64,000 bases of DNA, from positions 15,255 to 79,254 of the forward strand of contig CALXBN010000061.1 in NCBI GenBank assembly GCA_944386555.1, in the 5' to 3' direction. Below are positions 26,553-37,663 of this stretch, one piece after another (position 1 is the first letter of the stretch; each line of letters starts with the position of its first letter). A model generated the notes under the pieces. It did no database searches. It saw only the letters and a list, made by a program, of their open reading frames with translations, and was not told the DNA's origin. Origin of the DNA: an uncultured Ruthenibacterium sp. (GTDB lineage Bacteria > Bacillota > Clostridia > Oscillospirales > Ruminococcaceae). The translations under genes and the position numbers were made by a program.

Positions 26553-27473
26553 GTGAAAAAGAACGACAAAAGCAGCCTGGCCGCCGCCGCGGCGGCCGGC
26601 CCCAAGCGCCACCGCGCACCCCGGTGGCTGCGGATGCTGTGGCGCAGCAAAACGGGCCTGATCGGCTTTGTCATCGTGACGGTGGTGCTGGTGTTCGCCG
26701 TCTTTGCGCCCTGGATCGCCCCGTATGACCCCAACGCCATCAACCCGGTGGATATGCTCAAGCCTCCGGCTTTCATGGAGGGCGGCGACATGCGCTACCT
26801 GCTGGGCACCGACAACCTGGGGCACGATATCTTCAGCCGCATCGTGTACGGCGCGCGCATCAGCATGCTCATCGGCGTGTGCAGCGTGGTGGTGGCGGGC
26901 TTTATCGGCACGCTGTTCGGCCTGCTGGCCGGCTACTACGGCGGCATTCTGGACGCCATCATCATGCGCATTACCGACGCCTTCCACGCCATTCCCCGCA
27001 CGCTGCTGGCCCTGGTGGCCGTCAGCGTGGTCAGCGGCGGCAGTGTGACGACGCTGATCGTAGTCATCGGCATCACCGGATGGATCACCTACGCACGGCT
27101 GATCCGCAGCGAGGTGCTCAGCCTGAAGGAGCGGGAGTTTGTCAAGGCGGCCATCACCATCGGCACGCCGGACCGCACCATCATCCTGCGGCACATCCTG
27201 CCCAATGTGTTTTCCTCCTTCATTGTGGTGTCCACCCTGGCGGTGGCCACCAGCATCCTGGCGGAAAGCAGCCTGAGCTTTTTGGGCCTGGGCATCAACC
27301 CGCCCAACATCTCCTGGGGCGGCATGCTCAGCACAGGGCGCAACTACCTGGCCACCAACTGGTGGGTGGCCACCATGCCCGGCATCGCCCTGACGCTGAC
27401 CGTGCTGGGCATCATGTTCCTGGGCAACTGGCTGCGGGACCTGCTGGACCCGTACAACCAGGGCCTGCAGTGA
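26553..27473 (+). CDS. Peptide ABC permease, DppC/OppC-like
   Basis: LLGTDNLGHDIFSRIVYGARIS, EFVKAA, ESSLSFLGLG, WWVATMPG; probable GTG start. Confidence 0.93.
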   Translation: MKKNDKSSLAAAAAAGPKRHRAPRWLRMLWRSKTGLIGFVIVTVVLVFAVFAPWIAPYDPNAINPVDMLKPPAFMEGGDMRYLLGTDNLGHDIFSRIVYGARISMLIGVCSVVVAGFIGTLFGLLAGYYGGILDAIIMRITDAFHAIPRTLLALVAVSVVSGGSVTTLIVVIGITGWITYARLIRSEVLSLKEREFVKAAITIGTPDRTIILRHILPNVFSSFIVVSTLAVATSILAESSLSFLGLGINPPNISWGGMLSTGRNYLATNWWVATMPGIALTLTVLGIMFLGNWLRDLLDPYNQGLQ

Positions 27474-27485
27474 GGAGGCGCCGCT

Positions 27486-28491
27486 ATGGAAATGCAGCAA
27501 CAGACGCAGCGCAAAGAGGTGCTGCTGGAAGTAGACCATCTGAATACCTATATTAAAACCGAGGACCGGGTGCTGCAGCCCGTGCGCGACGTGTCCTTCC
27601 AGGTGCGCAAAGGCGAACTGCTGGGCATCGTGGGCGAATCGGGCTGCGGCAAAAGTATGACCAGCCTGTCCATCATGGGCCTGACGCCCAAGAACATCAC
27701 CGTGCAGGCAAACCACCTGCTGCTGGGCGGCAAGGAACTGACGAAGCTGTCCAGGCGGGAGCTGCGGGAGATGCGCGGCAAAGAGATGGCCATGATCTTC
27801 CAGGAGCCCCTGACCAGCCTGAACCCCCTGTTCACCATCGGCTACCAGCTGACGGAGACCATCCGCCTGCACAACCAGGTGACAAAAAAGCAGGCCTGGG
27901 AGCGGGCGGTGGAGATGCTCAAGCACGTGGAGATCCCCCGGCCGGAGCATGTGATGAAAGAATACCCCAACGCCCTGTCCGGCGGCATGCGCCAGCGGGT
28001 GATGATCGCCATCGCCCTGGCCAACCGCCCCAGCCTGCTGATTGCAGACGAGCCCACCACCGCGCTGGACGTGACCATCCAGGCGCAGATCCTGTATTTG
28101 ATGAAGCAGCTGATGAAGCAGTACGACACCGCCATCATGCTGATCACCCACGATCTGGGCGTGGTGGCCGAGGTGGCCGACTATGTGCTGGTGATGTACG
28201 CCGGCCAGGTGGTGGAGGAGGCCAGCGTGTATGATTTGTTCCGCCGGCCCCTGCACCCTTACACCCGCGGGCTGATGAACAGCACCATCAAGGTGCACCA
28301 GAGCGAGGAAAAGCTGGACACCATTGAGGGCACCGTGCCCAGCCTGGCGGATATGCCCGCCGGCTGCCGGTTCAACCCCCGGTGCCCTTTTGCCACGGCT
28401 GCCTGCCGCGACAAAGAACCGCCCCTGGCCGAGGTGCTGCCCGGGCGCAAGGTGCGGTGCATCCGCTGGAACGAATTGGGAGGTGAAGGCC

Positions 28492-28505
<14 letters not shown>
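27486..28505 (+). CDS. Peptide ABC ATPase, DppD/OppD-like
   Basis: GESGCGKS, LSGGMRQR, ADEPTTALD, HPYT, GCRFNPRC. Confidence 0.95.
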
Positions 28506-29505
<1,000 letters not shown>

Positions 29506-29512
29506 GCGCGGG

Positions 29513-30478
29513 ATGGAAACGGGAATGAAAACAGGATTCAAACAATATCTGCCCCTGCTGGCCAATCTGGCCAGCCAGGTGCTGTTCGGCTTCGCTTATC
29601 TGTTCATGCGCATGGGCATGGCGGTGGTAAACGAGAACACGGTGAAGTTTTTGTCCTTCCGCTTTACCCTGGGCTTTCTGGTGATGAGCCTGCTGCTGGC
29701 GCTGGGGCTGAAAAAGGTGCGCTACCGCGCCCGCCCGGTGGGGATGATCCTGCTGTGCGGGCTGTTCAACCCCCTGATCAGCCAGGTGCTGGAGACAACC
29801 TCCACCACCTACGCCCCCACCAGCCAGATCGCCATGTACAACAGCCTGCTGCCGGTGATCATGCTGGTGTTTTCGGCGCTGATCAACCATGAATACCCCA
29901 CCCGCCGCCAGCTGCTGTTCGTGGTGGTAACGGTGGCCGGCGTGTTCGTGACAACCCTGGCGGACCCTGCCCGGACGGGCATGACCACCCTGGGCTTTGT
30001 GCTGATCTTCGCCACCATGATCGCCGTGTCCATCAGCCGGGTGCTGGTGCGCCGGGCCTCGGCGGTGTTCTCCTCCTTCGAGATCATCTACCTCACCACC
30101 GGCATGGGCGCGGCGGCCTTCACCGCGGTGTCTCTGGGCGAGCACATGATGCGCGCGCCCCTGTCCGCCTACTTCCAGGGCCTGCTGCGGCCGGACTTTG
30201 CCATCGCCGTGCTGTACATGGGCATCGGCTCGTGCGTGTGCGCTTTTTTGCTGATGACCTACGCCTCGGCCAACCTGCCCTTCGCGGTGTATGCCTCCAC
30301 CTGTACCCTCAGCACGGTGGTGGGCATCCTCTCCGGCGTGTTTTTGCTGCACGAGACCTTCCAGCCTGTGGAGATCGTGGGCACCGCCGTCATCCTGGGG
30401 GGCATCATCGGCGTCAGCTGCAGCTACGACAAGCAGGACGCCGAGGGCAACAGGTTCCACCTGAAACAGCGGAAATAG
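29513..30478 (+). CDS. DMT/EamA-family transporter
   Basis: About 10 hydrophobic helices in two repeats; start uncertain (29513 or 29525). Confidence 0.82.
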   Translation: METGMKTGFKQYLPLLANLASQVLFGFAYLFMRMGMAVVNENTVKFLSFRFTLGFLVMSLLLALGLKKVRYRARPVGMILLCGLFNPLISQVLETTSTTYAPTSQIAMYNSLLPVIMLVFSALINHEYPTRRQLLFVVVTVAGVFVTTLADPARTGMTTLGFVLIFATMIAVSISRVLVRRASAVFSSFEIIYLTTGMGAAAFTAVSLGEHMMRAPLSAYFQGLLRPDFAIAVLYMGIGSCVCAFLLMTYASANLPFAVYASTCTLSTVVGILSGVFLLHETFQPVEIVGTAVILGGIIGVSCSYDKQDAEGNRFHLKQRK

Positions 30479-30528
30479 GGCAGGCGCCGCCTCTTTCGGA
30501 CAAGGCGGCCGCTGCGGCCCGGTTCAAA

Positions 30529-30570
30529 CAAAGCGCCCCGGCGCGGGATTTCCCGCGCCGGGGCGCTTTG
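30529..30570. terminator. Bidirectional terminator (20 bp perfect inverted repeat)
   Basis: CAAAGCGCCCCGGCGCGGGA-TT-TCCCGCGCCGGGGCGCTTTG between convergent genes. Confidence 0.7.
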
Positions 30571-30589
30571 CTGTTCCTGCGGGCTGGCG

Positions 30590-31663
30590 CTACACCCGCG
30601 CCGGGGCCGGGCCGGTGGAGCCGCGGACGATCAGCTGGGGCGTGTATTCGATCTTGTGCACGGCAGGCGTCTGGTCCTGGGCGTCGGGCTGGCTGTGCTG
30701 CACCACCATATCCACCGCCGAGCGGCAGCGCGTGTGCAGATGATGGTCAATGGTTGTCAGCGGCGGGGTGGTGACGGCGGCGGAGAAGATGTTGTCAAAC
30801 CCGCACACCGAATAATCCCGGGGCACCCGGCAGCCCTGGGCCTGCAGCTCGTTGAGAATGCCCAGGGCCGTCATGTCGTTCACGGCGATCAGCGCCGTGG
30901 CGCCGGTGCCCTGGCGCAGCAGCTCCCGGGTCAGCCGGCGGCCCACGGTGTACTCGTAGGGCATGCCGTCGCCCTGGGTGTCGGCCTCGGCCGTCTGGCG
31001 CTCCACCACCACCTCCAGCGCACCGGACAGCCCGTGGTTTTCCAGCTGCTTGCGGATGCCCTCCAGCCGCTGGCCGCGGGCCAGGGTCAGCTGGTTGAAA
31101 GGCGTGGAGAGGAAAGCCAGCCGCCGGTGGCCCAGCTGGTACAGGTGCTCGGCCAGCATGGCGCCGGCGGCCACATTGCTCAGCTCGATGGAGCAGATGG
31201 CCAGGTCGTCCTGCTTTTCGCCGATGATCACCACCGGGCAGGTGGCGTTGATCTGCTCGATCAAATGCGGGAAGCTGGGCAGGAACGTGTAGATGACGCC
31301 GTCCACATGGCTGCCCAGGAAGGTATCCAGGTAGAATTTTTCCAGATCCGGCTTGCGGAAGGTGTTGCACACGATGACCCGGTAGCCCAAAGAATCGGCA
31401 TAGTCCTCCACCGCCTGGATCAGCTCGGCGTAATACTGGTTGGTCAGCGTGGGCGTCAGCACCAGGATCATGCGGCTGGTCTTTTTGGCGGGCTGCTTTT
31501 TGCGGCGGGGCGGCAGGTAGTTCAGCTGCCGGGCTGCCGCCAGCACCCGCTCGCGGGTGGCATTGGAAAAAGAGATCTTTTCACTGTTGTTCAGAATCAG
31601 GGAGACGGTGGCTTGAGATACGCCCGCCAGGGCGGCCACATCCTGCGAGGTGGGCCTCTTCAT
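30590..31663 (-). CDS. LacI-family transcriptional regulator
   Basis: MKRPTSQDVAALAGVSQATVSLILN HTH; AVNDMTALG and SVCGFDN sugar-binding motifs. Confidence 0.93.
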   Translation of the reverse strand: MKRPTSQDVAALAGVSQATVSLILNNSEKISFSNATRERVLAAARQLNYLPPRRKKQPAKKTSRMILVLTPTLTNQYYAELIQAVEDYADSLGYRVIVCNTFRKPDLEKFYLDTFLGSHVDGVIYTFLPSFPHLIEQINATCPVVIIGEKQDDLAICSIELSNVAAGAMLAEHLYQLGHRRLAFLSTPFNQLTLARGQRLEGIRKQLENHGLSGALEVVVERQTAEADTQGDGMPYEYTVGRRLTRELLRQGTGATALIAVNDMTALGILNELQAQGCRVPRDYSVCGFDNIFSAAVTTPPLTTIDHHLHTRCRSAVDMVVQHSQPDAQDQTPAVHKIEYTPQLIVRGSTGPAPARV

Positions 31664-31782
31664 CGCTGACAGCTCCTTTAATAATAATTCTGCTAATATT
31701 ATACGGGAAAAACGGCCGGTTGTCAAACAAAATCACCAAATTTCAGGTGAATTATTTGGCAGAAAAGCGGGGCGCTTTGTTG

Positions 31783-31854
31783 TTGACAGCGGGCATTTTG
31801 CATGGTATGCTGTAGTTAAAGGCATTATTTATATTGAGATAATATTACTAATAA
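31783..31854 (+). promoter_or_regulatory. Promoter and candidate operator of the pfkB operon
   Basis: TTGACA-17-TGg TATGCT (31783-31811); palindrome TATTACTAATA at 31843-31853. Confidence 0.6.
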
Positions 31855-31890
31855 ATAAGCCCTTTCAAAAAGGGCGCCAGTAAAAAGGCG

Positions 31891-32907
31891 GTGAACCGGA
31901 TGGAGACAGTTCAAGATGCGAGGCTGCGGCAGAAAGGGTGCATTTTGGCCCTGGGCGAGCTGCTGGTGGACCTGATCCCCGGCAAGGAAGGCATGCGCAT
32001 CGACCAGGAGGGCCCGGTGATCAAAACGGCCAGCGGCTCGGCGGGTATTTTTGCCTGCGCGGCGGCGCTGCTGGGCGGCTGCGGGGCGTTTATCGGCAAG
32101 GTGGGCCGCGACAGCCTGTCCCGCATGGTGGTTTCCACCTTGCGCAGCCAGGGGGTGGACCTCAGCCGTCTGGTGGAATCGGCCAGCGGCCAGCTGGGGC
32201 TGGCCTTTTTGGAGTACCTGCCCGAGGGGCGCAACTACCAGTATTACCGCAAGAATTCCGTGGGCAGCACCCTGTGCGCCGACGACCTGGACGAGGCGTA
32301 CATCCGCAGCGCCTTCGCGGTGCACTTCCCCGGCATGCTGCTGGAGCTGACGCCCCAGATGGCCGGGGCCTGCCGGCGCCTGGTGGAGGTGGCCCGGGAC
32401 GCCGGGGTACTGGTGTCCTTTGACCCCAATATCCGCCGGGAGCTGAGTGCCGACGGCGAGGCGCGCCGCCGGCTGGACTGGGCGCTGGAGCATGCGGACG
32501 TGATCAAGCCCACCCTGGCCGAAGGGCAGGCCATCACCGGCAAGCGCACCGTGGGCGACGTGCTGCGGGCGCTGCACGCCATGGGCCCCCGGGTGGTGGC
32601 CATCAGCCGGGACAAGGACGGTGCGGTGATCAGCCGGGACGGCCAGGTAGCCGTGGCGGCGGGCATCGACGAGCCGGCCGTGGACCCCACCGGCGCAGGC
32701 GACACCTTTGCCGCCGCCCTGTGCGTGGGCCTGCGGGAAGAGATGCCCCTGGACCGGCTGGCCTGCTTCTGCAACTGCGCGGGCACGCTGGTCATCCGGC
32801 ACAAAGGGGCCATCGGCATGGCCCTGCCGGCCCGCAGCGAAGTGGAAGCGCTGATGGCCTCGGGCGCGTGCCGGGTGGAGCTGGCGGCCCTGGAGCAGCT
32901 GCCCTGA
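31891..32907 (+). CDS. PfkB-family sugar kinase
   Basis: LGELLVD, GSAGIFA, GKVGRD, FDPNIR, DPTGAGDTFAA. Confidence 0.9.
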   Translation: MNRMETVQDARLRQKGCILALGELLVDLIPGKEGMRIDQEGPVIKTASGSAGIFACAAALLGGCGAFIGKVGRDSLSRMVVSTLRSQGVDLSRLVESASGQLGLAFLEYLPEGRNYQYYRKNSVGSTLCADDLDEAYIRSAFAVHFPGMLLELTPQMAGACRRLVEVARDAGVLVSFDPNIRRELSADGEARRRLDWALEHADVIKPTLAEGQAITGKRTVGDVLRALHAMGPRVVAISRDKDGAVISRDGQVAVAAGIDEPAVDPTGAGDTFAAALCVGLREEMPLDRLACFCNCAGTLVIRHKGAIGMALPARSEVEALMASGACRVELAALEQLP

Positions 32908-32973
32908 GCAGGCTGCGGCGGGCCGGCGCCCGGGAAACGGAAATGAAACCACAGAAAAAAGGAGCGGTTTGCA

Positions 32974-33744
32974 ATGTTCAACGATTTGAAACAGCGCCTG
33001 CGGGCGGGCCGGCAGGTGCTGGGCACCATGGTTACCACCTTTGCCAGCCCGGATATTGCCCGGCTGCTGCAGAACAGCGGGTTCGATTTCTGCATGGTGG
33101 ACTGCGAGCACGGCGCCTTCACCACCAGGGAGGTTGCCAATATCATCGCCGAGGGCCGGGGCATCGGCTTCCCGGTGCTGGTGCGCATTCCGGAGCTGCG
33201 CCGGGAGCATGTGCTGAAATTCATGGAAATGGGCGCGGCGGGCCTGCTGCTGCCGGGCACCGAATCGGCCGGGCAGGCCCGGACGCTGGTGGATTGTGCC
33301 AAGTATGCGCCCCTGGGCCACCGGGGGGTGTCTTTGTCACGCCCGCACACCGATTTCCGGAAGGTGGACGGCCCGGCCTACATGGCCCGGGCCAACGACG
33401 AGACCCTTCTGCTGTGCCAGATCGAATCCCGGGCCGGGGTGGAGCATATCGAGGAGATTCTGGATGTGGAGGGAATCGACGCGGCGCTCATCGGCCCCAA
33501 CGACATGACCCAGGACTTCGGAATCCTGGACCAGTTCGATGACCCCGCCGTGACGGCGGCCTTTGAAAAGGTGATTGCCGCGGCTGCCGCCCGGGGCAAA
33601 TGGAGCGGCGTGCACTTCGGCAAGGCCGGGCCCCTGAAGCCCTGGCTGGGCCGCGGCATGCAGATGAATATGTGGAACAGCGACGCCGGCCTGCTGACAC
33701 TGGGGGCCACGGGCATCGCCCAGCTGAAGGAGGGCCAGGCATGA
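32974..33744 (+). CDS. HpcH/HpaI-family 2-keto-3-deoxy sugar-acid aldolase
   Basis: GFDFCMVDCEHG, LVRIP, PLGHRG, QIES..GVEHIEEI, IGPNDM. Confidence 0.88.
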   Translation: MFNDLKQRLRAGRQVLGTMVTTFASPDIARLLQNSGFDFCMVDCEHGAFTTREVANIIAEGRGIGFPVLVRIPELRREHVLKFMEMGAAGLLLPGTESAGQARTLVDCAKYAPLGHRGVSLSRPHTDFRKVDGPAYMARANDETLLLCQIESRAGVEHIEEILDVEGIDAALIGPNDMTQDFGILDQFDDPAVTAAFEKVIAAAAARGKWSGVHFGKAGPLKPWLGRGMQMNMWNSDAGLLTLGATGIAQLKEGQA

Positions 33745-34703
33745 AAATCGTGATTTTGGACGGCTATACCGAAAACCCCGGCGATTTGAGCTGGCAGGGC
33801 TTTGAGGCGCTGGGGGATGTGACCGTGTACGACCGCACCGCCTATGCGGACGGCGACGGGGAGATCCTTCGCAGGGCCAAGGGCGCCCAGGCGGTGCTGG
33901 TGAACAAGACGCCCCTGACGGCCCGCACCCTGGCCGCCCTGGCGCCGGAGCTGCAGTACATCGGCGTGCTGGCCACCGGGTACAACGTGGTGGACACCGC
34001 CGCAGCCCGGGCCGCCGGCGTGGATGTGTGCAACGTGCCCACCTACGGCACGGCCGCCGTGGCCCAGTACGCCATGGCCCTGCTGCTGGAGCTGTGCCAC
34101 CATGTGGGCGAGCACAGCCGCAGCGTCCGCGAAGGCGCCTGGGCCGCCTGCCCGGACTTCTGCTTCTGGAATTATCCGCTGGTGGAGCTGGCGGGCAAGA
34201 CCTTCGGCGTCATCGGCTACGGGCGCATCGGCCGGGCCGCGGCGCGGCTGGCGGCGGCCTTCGGCATGGAGGTGCTGGCCTGCGATACCCACGCCGCCGG
34301 GGACGACACCGCCCGCCTGGTGGACCTGGACACCCTGCTGGCCCGGGCCGACGCGGTGAGCCTGCATTGCCCGCTGCTGCCCGACACAAAAGAGATCATC
34401 CGGGCGGACACCATCGCCAAAATGAAGGACGGGGCGTTTTTGATCAACACCGCCCGGGGCCCGCTGGTGAACGAGGCCGACCTTGCGGCGGCCCTGGCCG
34501 CCGGCAAGCTGGGCGGCGCGGCGGTGGACGTGCTGTGCACCGAGCCCGCCAGGCCCGACTGCCCGCTGCTGGCGGCGCCCAACTGTATCGTCACACCCCA
34601 TATCGCCTGGGCCCCCCGGGAGAGCCGCCAGCGCCTGATGGACGTGGCGGTGGAAAACCTGCGGGCATGGGTGCAGGGCAGCAAACAGAATGTGGTGAAC
34701 TGA
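33741..34703 (+). CDS. D-2-hydroxyacid dehydrogenase (glycerate dehydrogenase-like)
   Basis: MKIVILDGYTENPGD, GVIGYGRIG, LINTARG, VDVL, TPHIAWA. Confidence 0.92.
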   Translation: MKIVILDGYTENPGDLSWQGFEALGDVTVYDRTAYADGDGEILRRAKGAQAVLVNKTPLTARTLAALAPELQYIGVLATGYNVVDTAAARAAGVDVCNVPTYGTAAVAQYAMALLLELCHHVGEHSRSVREGAWAACPDFCFWNYPLVELAGKTFGVIGYGRIGRAAARLAAAFGMEVLACDTHAAGDDTARLVDLDTLLARADAVSLHCPLLPDTKEIIRADTIAKMKDGAFLINTARGPLVNEADLAAALAAGKLGGAAVDVLCTEPARPDCPLLAAPNCIVTPHIAWAPRESRQRLMDVAVENLRAWVQGSKQNVVN

Positions 34704-34930
34704 TCCATCCGATTGCGCAGCGGCGCGGCAGGGCCGGCAGACGGCCGGCCGCCGCCCGCGCCGGAATCTTTTTCTCTCCTCCACGGAAAAAGCGCAGGCC
34801 AGGCCTGCGCTTTTTCTGTTGGGGCGGGCCGGGGCCCGGCGCAAAAAAGCGCGGCCGCCCGGTTCGGGACGGCCGCGTGCCGGCGGGCCCGCCGCTGCCA
34901 AAGGGGCAGGGCGGGCGGCTGCGCCGGGCG

Positions 34931-36070
34931 CTAAACGTCTGCCAGGGGCACGACGCGCTGCTGTTCGAAGGCGCGCAGGGCGCCGGTGAGCAGGCGGTGG
35001 CTCTCCAGGGCTTCGGCCGGGGTGAAGCAGCCGAATTCGCAGGGCAGGCCCCGCAGCTCGCTGACGAAGGCGGCAAACATCTGCAGAAGGGAATCGGAGA
35101 AGCCGAATTCGAAAATACCGCCGGTGATCACCGGGTACAGCGTTTTTTGCCCCACTACCAGCCGGGCCCAGGCCTGTTCGCGGCCCACGGCCTGGGTATA
35201 ATACACGGCGTTGGGGTCGTCGGTGGTAAACCGGGCCGACATCTGCAGCCCGTCGATCTCGTACTCCACGGTGTTGGTACAGCCCGGGGCCATGCGCTTC
35301 ATCTCAAAAGTCATGGGGAAGCGGTCGCCGGCGGCGCTTTCCCCCTGGCACAGCAGCAGGGCGTTGTCCCAGGTTTCACAGGGCACCGGGGCGCCGTCGG
35401 GGCCGGGGCGGGCCTTTACCAGGTTGGCCAGCTGGGCGCTTACCGCCACAGGGTGCAGCCCCAGCCGGAAGGGCAGGTGCTGGGTGTGGATGCCCAGGTC
35501 CCCCATGCAGCCGTAGTCGCCGTTGGCGGCCCGCTGGCGCTTCCAGTTGATGGGCTTGTTCAAATCCATGTCCGAGGAGTGCTTGATGGCAAAGCGGGCC
35601 TCGATGATCTGCCCGAAGGCCCCCTGGCGGTACCAGCGCACCATCTGCTGCACCGCCGGGTAGAAGGGGAACTCGCTGGCGCAGCGCACGAATACACCGG
35701 GGTGCCCGGCCATGGCGTCCAGGATCTGCCGGCAGGCAGCCAGGTCCATGCCGAAGGGCTTTTCCCCCAGCAGGTGCTTGCCCGCGCGGATGATGTCGGC
35801 GTACACCCGGCCGTGAAGGTGATGGGGCACCGCGCAGTACACGGCCTCCACGTCCGGGTCGGCCAGCAGCTCGCGGTAATCGGCATAGAAGTGCCGGCAC
35901 TCCGGCACCCGTTCAAACCAGCGGCGGTTGGCCTCGTTCAGGTCGCAGGCCGCCACGATCACCGGCCGGGGGATGTCCCCGGCCAGGTGCAGCCAGCGCA
36001 TGGAGGCGCTGGCAAATTCCCGGCCCATCAGCCCGCAGCCGATGACGCCGAACTGCACGGTATCCTTCAT
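34931..36070 (-). CDS. Gfo/Idh/MocA-family oxidoreductase
   Basis: FGVIGCGLMG Rossmann fold, GEKP, DLGIH. Confidence 0.9.
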   Translation of the reverse strand: MKDTVQFGVIGCGLMGREFASASMRWLHLAGDIPRPVIVAACDLNEANRRWFERVPECRHFYADYRELLADPDVEAVYCAVPHHLHGRVYADIIRAGKHLLGEKPFGMDLAACRQILDAMAGHPGVFVRCASEFPFYPAVQQMVRWYRQGAFGQIIEARFAIKHSSDMDLNKPINWKRQRAANGDYGCMGDLGIHTQHLPFRLGLHPVAVSAQLANLVKARPGPDGAPVPCETWDNALLLCQGESAAGDRFPMTFEMKRMAPGCTNTVEYEIDGLQMSARFTTDDPNAVYYTQAVGREQAWARLVVGQKTLYPVITGGIFEFGFSDSLLQMFAAFVSELRGLPCEFGCFTPAEALESHRLLTGALRAFEQQRVVPLADV

Positions 36071-37617
36071 GCGCCCGCCTCCTTTTCCAGCCGCTGCAGC
36101 TCTTCCTCAAACAGGGCCAGCAGGCGGTCGGCCATGGCCTCGCTGGTGATCAGCGGAAGCTTGGTCAGCGCCACCGGCGGGCAGTTGGGCTTATAGGTTT
36201 GGGCGCTGATGTCCACGCACCGCCGGTTCATGGCCTGGCAGAAGGCCGCCGCGTGGGCCACATCGGCAAAGCTCAGGGCCGTCATGTGGCCGTCCCCCTC
36301 CACGCCGGCGCACACTGCCGGGTGCCGGGCGGCCAGGGCCGCGGCCCCCGCGTGGTAGTGCCGGCCCACGGCTTCCATGGCGGGGCCGTTGGCCGCCAGG
36401 AATTCCATGGTGACCAGATAGGCAAGGCTGGCCAATTCTTCCTGGCCGTTGGTCACCAGGGCGCCGAACTGGGTCAGGCTGTCGAAGGCGCCGCTGGCCA
36501 GCAGGCGGCTGGCGGGATAGCACCCCCCGGGGAAGCCCTTGCCTGCGGAGACGAAATCCGGTGCAAGGCCGTATTTGCGGAACAAAAACAGCCCGTCGTA
36601 CCATGCGCAGGACTGGATCTCGTCGCACAGCACCGGCGTGTCGCTGGCGCGGCAGGCCGCGTAAGCCGCCTGCAGGTACTCTTTTGTCAGCACAATGCCG
36701 CCGTAGTTCATCAAAATGATCTCGTGGCAGAAGCCGGCGGTTTTGTACGGGCCCCGGTTCCAGGTCTCGATGGCTGCCCGGAAGGCGCCGGCGTCGTTGA
36801 TGGGCACGCCCACCACCTTGTACAGGCCCGCGTCGCCGGCTTTGCGGGCGAAGTCCGGCCACAGGCCCCGCAGGGTCTGGGCAATGACGGTGGTGCCGTG
36901 GTAGTTGCCCGCGGGGCCGCCGGCGTTGTCGGCAATCACCAGGAACACCGGGATCCTGCCCCGGTACGGGCAGGGTTTGCCGTCGATCTCATAGAACCGG
37001 GCCAGCATCATCTTCAGCGCAGCCTCCACCGCCAGCGAGCCGGTCTCCAGGTTGATCACGCAGCTCAGCACGCCGGGCTTTTTGGCCGCCAGCACTTCTT
37101 CCAGGGCGGGGTCGTCAGGGGCCAGGCCGTTGGCAGCGGCGATGAGCCGGCGCTCCAAAAGGCGGGTGATGTAGCCCCTGGTATTGTTGTGGGTGGCGTT
37201 GGGGATGCCCAGGGCCTTGGCATTTTCGATAAGGCTGTAGCCGGGGAAGCCGTGGCCCAGGGGGATGTGGTAGTGTTCGCTTTTTCCGGCGAAGTACAGG
37301 CGGCCGTCCTCGCCCACGCGGAAGGCGCCCAGCCCCCCCAGGGGCGCGGCGGCGCTGTGCTGGGCCGCCCGGTATGAGCCGGTGGGCGCGCCGTCCAGGC
37401 TGTCGGCGAAAGGCGGAACGACCTGCTGGCCCACCCGGGCCATCAGGGCCTCCTGGCGATGGGCGAAGGGGGCGGGGTAGAAGTCCACCGCCTGGCGGGC
37501 AATGGCCTCAAATTCCCCGATGGGCCGGCCGGTGAGGGCGGCCCGGGCCGCGCACACGGCGGCCAGGTATTCCTCACCCAGCAGGTCGGCCAAAGAACGG
37601 CGGATGGTTTCAATCAT
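36067..37617 (-). CDS. Class III PLP-dependent aminotransferase-fold protein (divergent, long N-terminus)
   Basis: ETGSLAVEAALK, YHGTT, LCDEIQS and SAGKG (PLP lysine). Confidence 0.8.
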   Translation of the reverse strand: MIETIRRSLADLLGEEYLAAVCAARAALTGRPIGEFEAIARQAVDFYPAPFAHRQEALMARVGQQVVPPFADSLDGAPTGSYRAAQHSAAAPLGGLGAFRVGEDGRLYFAGKSEHYHIPLGHGFPGYSLIENAKALGIPNATHNNTRGYITRLLERRLIAAANGLAPDDPALEEVLAAKKPGVLSCVINLETGSLAVEAALKMMLARFYEIDGKPCPYRGRIPVFLVIADNAGGPAGNYHGTTVIAQTLRGLWPDFARKAGDAGLYKVVGVPINDAGAFRAAIETWNRGPYKTAGFCHEIILMNYGGIVLTKEYLQAAYAACRASDTPVLCDEIQSCAWYDGLFLFRKYGLAPDFVSAGKGFPGGCYPASRLLASGAFDSLTQFGALVTNGQEELASLAYLVTMEFLAANGPAMEAVGRHYHAGAAALAARHPAVCAGVEGDGHMTALSFADVAHAAAFCQAMNRRCVDISAQTYKPNCPPVALTKLPLITSEAMADRLLALFEEELQRLEKEAGA

Positions 37618-37663
37618 GGCGCAACGCTCCTTTTCAAATGGGTTTCGGGTTTGACGGAAGGGG